A stretch of DNA of 64,000 nucleotides, taken from Flaccisagitta enflata. Taxonomy: Eukaryota. The stretch spans positions 36,146,001 to 36,210,000 of the forward strand of contig OZ231126.1 of the NCBI GenBank assembly GCA_965153355.1, written 5' to 3'. Of this stretch, positions 28,242 through 41,138 are shown in pieces (position 1 is the stretch's first letter; every line of letters begins with the position of its first letter). Under the pieces are notes generated by a model, which saw nothing but the letters and a program-made list of their open reading frames with translations, had not been told where the DNA came from and did no database searches. A program made the position numbers and the translations under genes.

Positions 28242-30082
28242 TAAACAAATCGACAACCCAAAAACACAGGCAAATCGTAGTGGTGATGATACCAAAAGGT
28301 CAATGATCCTTTTATTTGGGGTATAAATTGAAAAAGATGAATGAATGTATGAAAAGATAGGTCATTGATACCTTCATAGATGCGACCCTTTGCTAAGTGA
28401 CAAGCTAAGACCCTTCTATCTAAAGAAATTCACTGTAATTGACATTACATTCTTTTGCGTGAATTTAAAGTTCGCTGATTTGAGTGACCGAGCCAAGAGT
28501 CTTCACTGTTCATATTGAAAATCAATGGTAAACATACAAAGTCAGTTCTATTGTTCTTCCGTTGCATCTTTTTTATAATTTCATTAAAAACAAAACAAAA
28601 AGAAATTTATCGATTTTCGGTGCCGTCACGTCATTCCCAACATTTCCTCTCTCTGAAAATCAATAATTAACTACATCTAGAATTTCTATTTCTTTTCCAT
28701 TTCTTCCATTCCTTCTAAGCGTCTCTTCCACACGACTAGAGCGATAAAAAGACACGAGAGAAACAAAACAAGTTTGAGATCGATTGCCGTCGCAATCAAG
28801 TCAAAGCAAAATCTGGCAATCCCAAAAAAGGATGTCGCTTCAATTTTTTTTTACTCCGACATTCCCAAAAAGGGAGGTGGTTCCCATTTCATTCCGGCAT
28901 TCCCAAAAAAGGACAAATTTTCCATTCTATTCCATGATCTTCCATGGCGCCCATTTCATAATCTACAAACATCAATCCATTATCGTACATTACAGTTACA
29001 CCCCGCTTTGATGGATACAAGAGAAATGGAAATCCATTAACAATGGATAAAAGATCATAACTTTTCCGTGTCATCTGATTTTGTTTTCGTATTGGTAAAG
29101 ACATGAACTTGAACCCATTAAACACAAGCAAAGTCTAATAATGCCTGGACATCCGTCATTGAGAGGTATAACTGTAGGTCATAATTAACTACATCGGCGC
29201 CAAGATGCCGAACTGATCTCCGACATTCCCGAAAAAAAGGGAAAGCAAAAGCGCATATAGAGAGAAAGCGAGTCATATGATAGGATTAAAGGGAATCAAA
29301 TGGACGTAAAAAAATGGAGATACTTGCACAGAAATCAACGCCTCCGCCATCTGTTCGGATTACGTCATCCTTTCAAGAGGTGCACATCTTAGTGATCGAA
29401 GATGACTCGATGCCACACTGTGATTGTGACAATATGTTATTACGATAATGATAATTTCAAAGAGAAAGTATTGAGCGGATTCAGCTGCCACTGCCAACCG
29501 TTGGGACATCTTTCACTTCTACACCGCAAACAAAACAGTACACAATTAAGGGAAAAGGCTACAACGTGAAGTATGAGCAACAATTGTTTCTGATTCCATT
29601 TGATTCGTACTTGATTATCGAGTCATGTTTGAGTCATCATTCGTCGAGAATTGCGCACAATGATTTGGTCATCTTTCAAGAGGCGTATCAACGTCAAAAA
29701 CGTGTACAATGTTCCATCTACCAAAACCTTCCGTTTCTAAAGGCCTCCACATATTTGCAATACTCAAATGGCTTGGAAGTCAGTGAATTTAGAACGCGAA
29801 TTTTTTTTCTTCAAGTTTGACCAGTATTTGGCTTTTTTGAAGCCTTGTCTCGAAAGTTGATTAGTTTTATAAAATCACCGTGATCAAAGCCAAACAAAAA
29901 AGTTCGGGTTCTAGGCCCACTGGAAAATGTCTTTAAAAAAACCCGCATCCAACAAACAGTCTCATCTTCCCACGAGTTACGTACATCTGAGTCAAAGTTG
30001 TTTTTTTTTCTTTCCGTCATCCATCAATGAAATCCTTGTTATTGCGCTGGCTCGCCGCCTCCGCGCCTCTTTCCTCTCACCT

Positions 30083-30497
30083 CTAATAGTCTCGATCTCT
30101 TCCTCTTCCTCTTCCGCCGCCTCCTCTGCCGCCTCCTCTGTCCGATCTTTCCTCGCCATAATCGAGCACGACGTCTCGACCTCCGATGGCGGTGCCGCTC
30201 ATCGAGTTGAAGGCGTTCATGGCGTCGTCGGGCGTCTCAAACTCCACGTAGCCGAAACCTTTGATTCTGCCATCGAATCTGAGCGGAAGTCGGGCCTGTT
30301 TGGCGCCGAACGCGGATCTCAGCGAATCCTCGTCGATGGAAAAAGGCAAATTGCCCACGAAAAGGGTTCTGGTGACCCCTTCCAAATCCTTTCGCGTCAC
30401 GTAGCTGTTGCCACCACCTCGGCCTCGACCACCTCCGCGACCACCACGGCTGCCGGAGCGGGAACGATCGGCGCTACCAAAGCCACCACCACCGCCG

Positions 30498-30528
<31 letters not shown>

Positions 30529-31162
30529 CCGCACCATCTCTCTCCTCGTTGTAATCGAGAATGAGATCGCGGCCTTTGACGCTGGTGCCATTCATGTTAT
30601 TGAATGCATCAGATGCCTCATCGGGAGTGTTGAATTCCATGTAACCTGTACATGAATATTTGAAATATGATTCAACAAAGTCAAAAGAAATAATGAAATG
30701 GAATGTTACCATCATGAACCCCTGTCACCTACCATTGACAATCTATCATCAGCAATGTCTCTGCGCATTTCTCTCTCTTACAAGAAAACATCAGAGTAGG
30801 TCAGCACACGGGCCCTCTGGATCATTCAGCTGACCGACCGGCCCACCGACTGACAGAGCCTCTGTTAGACATGCTTGGATGATGCACATCGCACTTTCAC
30901 GTAAGGGTTTGGTAAATTAACACCAAAATTCACTCAGTAAGGTTTCTTCGCACTCACCGAAGCCCTTGAGCCTGCCATCTTCCCAGACCGGGAGTCGGGC
31001 GGATTGGCAGCCGAAAGCGGAAATCAGTTCTTCCTCCTCGATGGTCCAAGGCAAGTTCTTGACAAAGAGAGTTCTAGTGATCCCTTCCAAATCCAATCTG
31101 GGTTCGCGATCGTAACCACCGCGACCACGCCCACGTCCACGTCCGCGTCCGCGATCACCCAT
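30083..31162 (-). CDS. Two-RRM, RGG-rich RNA-binding protein (nucleolin/Nsr1/Gar2-like), copy 1; exons 30958-31162 and 30083-30645, 255 aa
   Basis: ATG at 31162 (MGDRGRGR...). Donor G|GTGAGT at 30958/30957 and acceptor TACAG|GT at 30646/30645 join in frame and rebuild RNP1 KGFGYMEF. RNP2 LFVKNL and LFVGNL; second RNP1 KGFGYVEF. About 10 synonymous changes versus 1 D/E change and a Gly indel relative to copy 2. Confidence 0.93.
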
Positions 31163-32327
31163 TATGTGGTTGGTTTGTTTGAGCTGGAGACGCTTCGTGC
31201 GATTGTCGATCTCTGCAAAGGCAAAGAGGCTGTTTAGCATTGGGCCGGATTCATGACAGGCAGAGACGCTTCAAAGGTGATTTGGGGCATTTAAGGCAAT
31301 TTAACTAATGTCCAATATGTGCTTTTTACAGATGTAGGAACCCACCAATCTATGGGCAAACCGACCAAGTGTAAGAGTGGATAATGAGTCGGTTGATAGA
31401 CTCAAGTATCCTGTGGCACTAACCTTTTGATCAAGAAGATCCTTTTAGGTTGAAATGTTCCGAACGCCGGGCTTCGATGTTTTGATCTCAATCTGAATTT
31501 TCTGAATAAGTTTTCTCGAGAAGTTTCTCTTTTTTCTCTTTTTTTTTTTTTCTCAAATAAACTGCAAGTATCTGTAATTAGAATAATTCTCCGATATAGT
31601 AATTCGGTAAAATTACATGGAACATAGCATGGTCAAGTAATTGTGCAGGTGAAAACAAAATTTGACATATACGATAGAAATTCACGCTAATTTTTTAGAA
31701 AAACAACGAAGATAAACTTAACTCAGTGCATAACATTGATATCAATGAAAAGTTGCCGCTATCTCGGGACACAAATTCTTGATTTTTGTTTCATTTTCTG
31801 CTAAAATGTCACCTACAATTATGATTTTATGAGATTTATATCATCAATCTCCTTCCTAACAATAATGCATTGCAATGATTTCATAACAACCGTATCAGCG
31901 AGTCGAATATTGTCAACATTTACACAATGACTTAATACGAATCAGTAACAACGCACAGGTACATTCAAAATACAATGAGACGATATCAAAGGTTTTCATC
32001 AAAAATGAATTCAACGGCAATAGGAAAAATATAAGCTGGTATAAAAAAAACAGGTTCTAGCTATAACTATGAAAGTGAAAAGGGGCACTTGAATAATGAG
32101 TTTTCGCTAAAGACCTACAAGCTCAATATTGAGATATCAACGTTATCAAACCCTACTTGGGGAAAATGTAAATGTACAGTCAAAAGGGCATGTCTGTTTT
32201 TCAAAGCATCTAGCCGGATGAAAATCGGCGACTTGTTCCAAAAATCAAAAATGTAAAATCAAAAATTTTGTGCATGAAAGGTCAATACGTGGATTTTAAA
32301 TCAGACTCGCTTGAAAGACACACAATA

Positions 32328-32476
32328 AACAAGGCCGGATACACGGCTACCCCAGTCGCGTGCGGGTGGGCAAAGACCTCAAAACCCCAAAAAAGTCAAG
32401 TGTGACAGACGGACCGACGGACGGACCAACAGACGGACCGACAAAGTGGAGTGTAGAGTCGCGTAGCACGCGACAT
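32328..32476 (-). mobile_element. Family A element (longer counterparts at 48048-48247 and 59575-59780)
   Basis: aacaaggccggatacacggctaccc...agtcgcgtagcacgcgac. Copy 1 lacks ~50 internal bp. Confidence 0.85.
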
Positions 32477-32739
32477 TTGGAAGAAAGGCTGTAAAGCCTT
32501 TGCCCCACGCTGGTAAAGATGAACAAAATTGAAAACGATACTACTAACTTGGTTAGGAAAATGAAGCATAATGTAAATCAAATTCAACGATGCAAACATA
32601 CTGACCAGTGACCACCAATGAGTTACAGAGTTCTGTGCAAACAACAAAATTGTAAAAGTAATTTGTTGTAAAAGGTCTGGGAAGTGCGGCCCACTACTCA
32701 ATTGTCAGTTTAAAATAATTCATAAACTTGTTGGTTTTT

Positions 32740-35211
32740 TGCGTCCTAATCCACTGACACTAACCACTACTCTTTACTAACTCAATTTTCGCATCAAAAG
32801 AACATTTTTTCTGCCTACTCAACACTCATTCCCACCTGTTCTATCAACTCTATCATTTTTCTACTTTCTCATCCCTCATTTCCACTTAATCCACTAACAC
32901 CTTTACCACCATCTTGATTGTTACTTCCACCTACCCACACTAGCACCTCTTTACGACTACTCGTTAACTCAACAATTTTACCATTATCTCAACTCTTGTT
33001 CTTCAATCTTCATACTCCACCAACTCTGTAACCCACACATACTGACCTATTCCACCATCTCAGCATTTACACCAGCACCTCAAGTCCTCAACACTTATCA
33101 ACACTAAGTCTATCCTCCCACCAACTCATTGTTCGTCTGCAACCATCTTTTTACTTTTCAGTCTCCTACATGTTATCAACACCTACAGCACAATCACCAC
33201 ACTTGTCGGCACCTGCCCTATAAACTCAGTTTTTTTACCACAATCGTAATGCTCTTAGCCTTTTATTCCACTAGCTAAACCTTCTTATCACCGTCTCAAC
33301 ACATATTTCCACCAACTTATCTGTTTGGCAACAATCGTATTCCAGCACTCCGCCGATATACCAAATTCATCACCATCTTAACACTTGTTTCCATCTACTC
33401 CACCAACTTTACTCTAATACCACCATCCAAAAACTTTTTTCCACTCACTACATCAAATCAACTCATTTTTCACTGCCCATCTACTTCAACATCTACACCA
33501 ACTTCTCAGGATTTATGTTCTCCTTCTCCAAAAACTAAACACTCACACTACCATTTAACACTTTTTGCAACCTACTCCATCAACTGTTTCACCAAACTGT
33601 TTTTCCAGGCTCCTCACTATCATCTCGACACTTATCACTTGTACCACCAACCTAATATTTCAGTGCACCAACCTCACCAACTAAACTTTCTCGCCACAGG
33701 CTTATTCCACTTCTCCACAATTCAACACTATTATCATCAACTCATAATTTCCTTTCACCTACTCCACCTACTGAACTGATTGACCATAAACTTTTTCTGC
33801 TTTAACACAAAGTCAATAATTTCAATATCACATCACCTACTTCTTTCTATTCCATCAACTCAACTGCCTCACCACAATCCTCTCTACACTTAAACACATT
33901 TACCACCATCTCAACACTTACTCATACTCAACCAACTCAACTGTTTTACCACAATCTTATTCCATTAACCACTAATTCAGCACTTTCACCACCATATTAC
34001 TTAGCTCAACCTACTCCAACTCAACTATTTTGCCATAATTCCTTCAAAAACTTAACACTTTCACGACCATCTCAACACTCACTTCCATATCTCAACTGTT
34101 TCACCACAATCTCTTCCACAACTCAACACTAAAACCACCATCACAACACTTCCTTCCACCTGCTCCATTGACTCAACGTTTTTGCCACCTTATCTTCCAC
34201 AACTCAACACTTATACCACCATCGCAACACTTTATTCCACCCACTTTACCAACTCAACTGTTTTGCAACAACCTCTTCCACAACTCAACACTTTCACCAC
34301 CAATTCAACACTTGCTTCCACCGACTCCACCAATTCAGCTGTTTGACCAAAATCTCCTCCACAACTCTAACACTTCACCACCATCTCAACACTTACTTCC
34401 ACCTACTCCGCGTAATCAACTGTCTCGCCACAATGGCCTCCACAACTCAACTGTTGCACCACCATCTCAACCTTTACTTCCACTTACTTCACCAACTCAA
34501 CTGTTTTGCCACAATCTCCTCCACAACTCAACACTTTCACCACCATCTCAACACTTACTTCCACCTACTCCACGTACTCAACCAATTCAACTTTTTAGCC
34601 ACAATCTCCTCCACAACTCAACACTTTCACCACCATCTCAACACTTACTTCCACCTACTCCACCAATTCAGCTTTTTAGCCACAATCTCCTCCACAACTC
34701 AACACTTTCACCACCATCTCAACACTTACTTCCACCTACTCCACGTAATCAACTGTCTCGCCACAATGGCCTCCACAACTCAACTTATGCACCACCATCT
34801 CAACCTTTACTTCCACTTACTTCACAAACTCAACTGTTTTACCACAATCTCCTCCACAACACAACACTTTCACCACCATCTCAACCTTCACTTCCATCTA
34901 CTCCACCAATTCAACTTTTTAGCCACAATCTCCTCCGCAACTCAACATTTTCACCACCATCTCAACACTTACTTCCACCTACTCCACGTAATCAACTGTC
35001 TCACCACAATGGCCTCCACAACTCAACTGTTGCACCACCATCTCAACCTTTACTTCCACTTACTTCACCAACTCAACTGTTTTGCCACAATCTCCTCCAC
35101 AACACAACACTTTCACCACCATCTCAACCTTCACTTCCATCTACTCCACCAATTCAGCATTTAGCCACAATCTCCTCCACAACTCAACACATTCACCACC
35201 ATCTCAACACT
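32740..35211. repeat. 81-bp G-poor (C/A/T-rich) satellite, copy 1
   Basis: Unit CCACAATCTCCTCCACAACTCAACACTTTCACCACCATCTCAACACTTACTTCCACCTACTCCACCAATTCAGCTTTTTAG. Degenerate at the left edge, homogeneous from ~34200. Confidence 0.9.
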
Positions 35212-35221
35212 NNNNNNNNNN
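35212..35221. other. Assembly gap (10 N)
   Basis: Run of N. The left flank is satellite; the right flank starts with a family-B element 3' end (cttggatgacttgtt). Confidence 0.99.
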
Positions 35222-35276
35222 CTTGGATGACTTGTTCTTGCTCACATTCTCCGCCACTGTCCTTGTTTCTGTGACC

Positions 35277-35321
<45 letters not shown>

Positions 35322-35706
35322 AATCTCATTTGGTTCGGCGCCGATCGCACGCACGCTCCCAGCCAAGGCTCTCACACGCGACGCCGCATGAGCGAGGAGT
35401 TGCCTGAAGCGACGCCGGTCTTCTGGCGAGCGCGCGCTTCGTTAATACGTCGACGTTTGAAGAAGTTGGTCTAATCAACGCCATTGAGGCGCTTTAGCCG
35501 AAACACAAGAAAGAATCAAAAAATGAAAAAAAGAAGGGGGGGAGGGGAGGAAATGACGGGATAGGAAGAAACATCAAGAGACTGATTTGATAGATTTTCA
35601 ATAAATAGTCATGTACTATGTCATTATTTTCGGGAACAATTAAGAATAGGTTCATAAGGTGAGTAACTAGTCTGTGCCAAGTTATTTATCTGGAGTGCAC
35701 AAACAG

Positions 35707-35791
<85 letters not shown>

Positions 35792-36836
35792 CCTTACTTG
35801 CCAGGTATCTGGAGTGCAAAAAGCAGACAACGAGGGTTTTGTGCCATGGTCACACAGAAAGACACAGAAAGACACAGAAAGACACAATAAGGACTTGACC
35901 CTTAACAAAAATTAGAACGTGCAGTGAGAGAGAAACTGTCATACCTGACCAAAACGCCCCCCTCTAAGTGGCTAACGTTAGTCAACCATTACGTCAGGAT
36001 GATGAATAAATCTGTGAGTTAGAGAGAATTGTGGTGAACTATGAAGAAAAAAATGTAGTCAGACTGAGAAGCTGGTTCGAATATGTTGACACTCAGCAGT
36101 GAGGCAGAAATGAAAGCTTTGGACTAGCGGGATTATTGTGGAGTGAAACAAGTACATCAGTACTTCTTGCTAAAGATTGCCATAGTGAGGTATGGAATCG
36201 AGTCACAAAAAGTAGAAAAATGATCTTGAGAAAAACAATTTTCATTTTCCAGAAACCGGGGAAAAAACTGTGTTGAGCGGTTGTTGCGCGGGAAAGCGAA
36301 GCAACTCTGTGATTACATTTACATAATTCATGCTGAGTGGTCCGCTTTCCTCTTTCTGCGCTTGTGTTTTTTTTTTGTTTTTTTTTTTGCTGACGTTAAA
36401 TAACTCCCCGCGTTTGTGTTTTCATCTCTGAGATTACATTCTTGAGTGAGCCGTCGTTAGAAAGCGTTGAGGAGGTGTGAAACGGTGATGGGGCCACCGG
36501 GATGGAGGATGAAGGCAGATAATCTGTGGGACATTGTTGATGTGTAACGCTCAAGGCTACCAACCGAACAACATTTCGTTGATAAAGGTACGTAAGGCGG
36601 CAATAACGCCAATAACGGATATTAAAGGGATTTGTTATTACCAATAAATGAAAAAAGAATTGTATAAGGGATCAAAATTCTTTATTCGCTATGGGCGGAT
36701 TTTTATTATATCTAAGGTAACAGTATAGCTATTGTATTGGAAAACCATTAAACTGCGATCAACCCATTGGCAACTGACAAAAAATCCAGAAAAGCTGATT
36801 GTCCAAAAAAAATATCAAAAAATGTCACAAGAAAAT

Positions 36837-36955
<119 letters not shown>

Positions 36956-37066
36956 TTTATGACAGAAAGAACGCAAAGGCGATAAACTCGATTCCAGCCT
37001 CGGGGGCAGCTTTGCGTAAATCTGATGTTGAAGAACAAAAAAAATATCATTTAACACTTGGGGGAG

Positions 37067-37136
<70 letters not shown>

Positions 37137-37145
37137 TAAGACAGA

Positions 37146-37429
<284 letters not shown>

Positions 37430-37592
37430 AAACGATAAAACGACAGAGAATGAGAGATGGAAGGCAAGGGAGAGATGCAATGCCGGGGAGAGAAGGCTCG
37501 CCTTTCCAAAGCCACGGGCGCTATTTCATCACGAAGTTGACTGCTTTACTGCCGCTCCTCTATCCGCCAAATCAAAAGCGACAAATGGTATG

Positions 37593-38437
<845 letters not shown>

Positions 38438-38527
38438 AAAGAAGCACGTCGCATGATAAAGACGGGAGCGCTATGAAGACCCGATAGAACGATTCTCAGT
38501 CAGAGACGTTGTATCAACTCGTTCGTT

Positions 38528-38692
38528 TTTAGTCGCGCGCTACGCGACTCTACACCCCGCTTTGTCGGTCTGTCCGTCGGTCCGTCGGTCCGTCGGTCCG
38601 TCCGTTGGTCCGTCACACTTTACTTTTTTTGGGACCTCAAATGTGGCCCCTGCTCACCTGCACGCGACTGGGGTAGCCGTGTATCCGGCCTT
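38528..38692 (+). mobile_element. Family A element, present in copy 2 only
   Basis: Inserted in the T run of cgTTTTTctgc; empty site at 21366-21376. Confidence 0.92.
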
Positions 38693-38725
38693 TTTCTGCT
38701 TAAACCCTGCCACTGGTACGACCTT

Positions 38726-38990
38726 CCGTTTGTCCGCCAGAACACTCGCATGCCCGCCCATTTGTCCGCCGGAACACTCGCATGCCCGCCCATTTGTCCG
38801 CCGGAACACTCGCATGCCCACCCATTTGTCCGCCGGAACACTCGCATGCCCGCCCATTTGTCCGCCGGAACACTCGCATGCCCGCCCGTTTGTCCGCCGG
38901 AACACTCGCATGCCCGCCCATTTGTCCGCCAGAACACTTGCATGCCCGTCCGTTTGTCCGCTTGAGCACTCACATGCCCGCCCGTTTGCG
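38726..38990. repeat. 32-bp GC-rich minisatellite (~8 units)
   Basis: Same unit as 21408-21545, at higher copy number. Confidence 0.9.
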
Positions 38991-39091
38991 CCACCCCGCA
39001 GAGATGACATTTGATCTTCAGTCAGTGACTTTGGCCCAGATTTTTTGACGGAAAATATGAGAACCACACCCTCATTCATTTTCCCGTTTTG

Positions 39092-39138
<47 letters not shown>

Positions 39139-39209
39139 GTATATATTCATAATTCATGGCGATCTACAGGTCAGAGTTTAGAGCAAAAACAAACAAACTC
39201 GTGCTTTTA

Positions 39210-39785
39210 ACAGGAAATTTGGCACAAACATATTGACATAAAAACGATATTTCTAGATGGCCCAGTGAGTTGAAATTTGAAACATAACCTCCTGACTAGC
39301 TCTACTGGACGTAAGAATGCGCCATTGATCAGTCATGCGACCACTCTCTGCCATAGAAAGCTTCAAACTAGAAATGCGGTGTTAGATTTTGATGGGTTTT
39401 TACCGGCAAAATTTTATGAAGGGAAACACTTATACTTGAGGCCATTTTAGAACTACTGGGGTGGTCTGAAGCAAGCAGTGTATGCAAGGGGTTACTAAGT
39501 TGAGTCCCTCAATGATGTGCAGCACCGGATCCACGCCAAAATCTGCAAAATCGACTGACAAGTTATCATCTATCTTTTTGCTTGATCAAAGACAAAATCG
39601 TCAAATCTGCGACTTATAGACCCTATTTGACATTCAAATAAATTGATATTTACTGCTTTTTGACTCTTACGTATTCATAATAACAATATTTTTGCATTCC
39701 AGCCATATTTTGGACAGATTTTATCTATTTTGAACAGTTATCAATTGTTTTATTGGACTTGTGCCAAATTTCCTGCTCAGGGTGT
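39210..39785 (+). mobile_element. Internally deleted Tc1/mariner-superfamily transposon (576 bp), present in copy 2 only
   Basis: TA duplicated relative to the empty site gcttt-TA-gaagt at ~21784. TIR core CAGGAAATTTGGCACAA. Transposase remnant inside. Confidence 0.9.
39436..39585 (+). pseudogene. Decayed C-terminal fragment of a Tc1/mariner DDE transposase
   Basis: Translates LRPF*NYWGGLKQAVYARGY*VESLNDVQHRIHAKICKID*QVIIYLF, resembling the L.PIE..W..LK..VY motif that carries the last catalytic residue. Confidence 0.75.
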
Positions 39786-40023
39786 TAGAAGTGACGTTTT
39801 CACGTAGATGACGGTCACAGACGCTCGCATAAACAAACACAAAAACGAAAAAGCGCTCACGCGCACAACAGCTCTCGGCTGGGAGAGAGATCTAAGGAGG
39901 GACAAATATCTTATCAAATTCATCGTCGCCGAGAAAACGCCCGCCCAATGACGCTCGTCTGATGATGATGACGTAAATTGTGACGTCCACAGATTCGTGC
40001 GTCAGACGTTATGAAAGAAAAAG

Positions 40024-40190
<167 letters not shown>

Positions 40191-40191
40191 T

Positions 40192-40286
<95 letters not shown>

Positions 40287-41054
40287 CTTTCTTAACTCGA
40301 AGAGCCCAGCCCTTTCAGGCCTCATATAAGCCCTTACAGCATTGTAACACATAAGCAAAGCAGCACATTTTCAGTCGCGGGCACGCGACTCTATAACTCG
40401 CTATGTCGGTCCGTCGGTCCGTCTGTAACGCTTCACTTTTTCGGCGTTTTTGGGCGTTTTTCGCATCACCGCTCCTGCCCTGCCCGCGACTTGGGTAGCC
40501 GTTTATCCGGTCTTGTTTTACTGTAAGATCTTAAGGTCACATATAACACTTAACGTGATATTTTTGTTGAAATCTAAAAAACATGTCTCTAACGAATCAA
40601 ATATGATTAAATCTTTCTCTTCATACAGTGGAGCACAGATCTGCGCGTGTTTCAACTTGCATGTAGCAGCCTTTTCCTAAGGATTTGACGGTTTCCATTG
40701 ATCTTTTGCCACGAATGAGACTCGCCCACTTCCTCTCAAGCAATTGCATGTAAAGTTTGCCCGTCAAGTTCGTAAAGTGTATGGTTTGCCGTTACTAAAA
40801 TCTTGCCATTCAAATTCATGATAATTTGACAAAACATTCTCTTCTATTGTACACACTCCACCTATCCGATTATATTCATTCTGAGGTCTTAAGGCGTTTT
40901 CTAGCTATCTTGTTTTAACATCTCAAGTCACTGGCTCAATATCTTCTATGGTTACGATCTATTTAATGATGGGGGGATGGTTATTGTACAGCCGTAGAGG
41001 CGTTAGTTATAATTGAATATCAATTAAATTTCAATCTCCAAGAAATAGAGAGGA

Positions 41055-41138
<84 letters not shown>

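Noticed and set aside
30646..30957. Intronic snoRNA in the nucleolin-like gene
   Set aside because: No properly ordered C/D boxes or H/ACA hairpins seen. The intron appears to hold a decayed GTCG-microsatellite element.
34168..35274. Long ORFs (up to 368 aa) of 27-aa repeats in the satellite, also at 50624 and 61577
   Set aside because: Several frames are open at once because the strand lacks G. Frames are not conserved between the three copies and there is no clear start context.
38726..38990. 32-bp repeats of CRISPR-like length
   Set aside because: Head-to-tail units without spacers, no cas genes, eukaryotic context.
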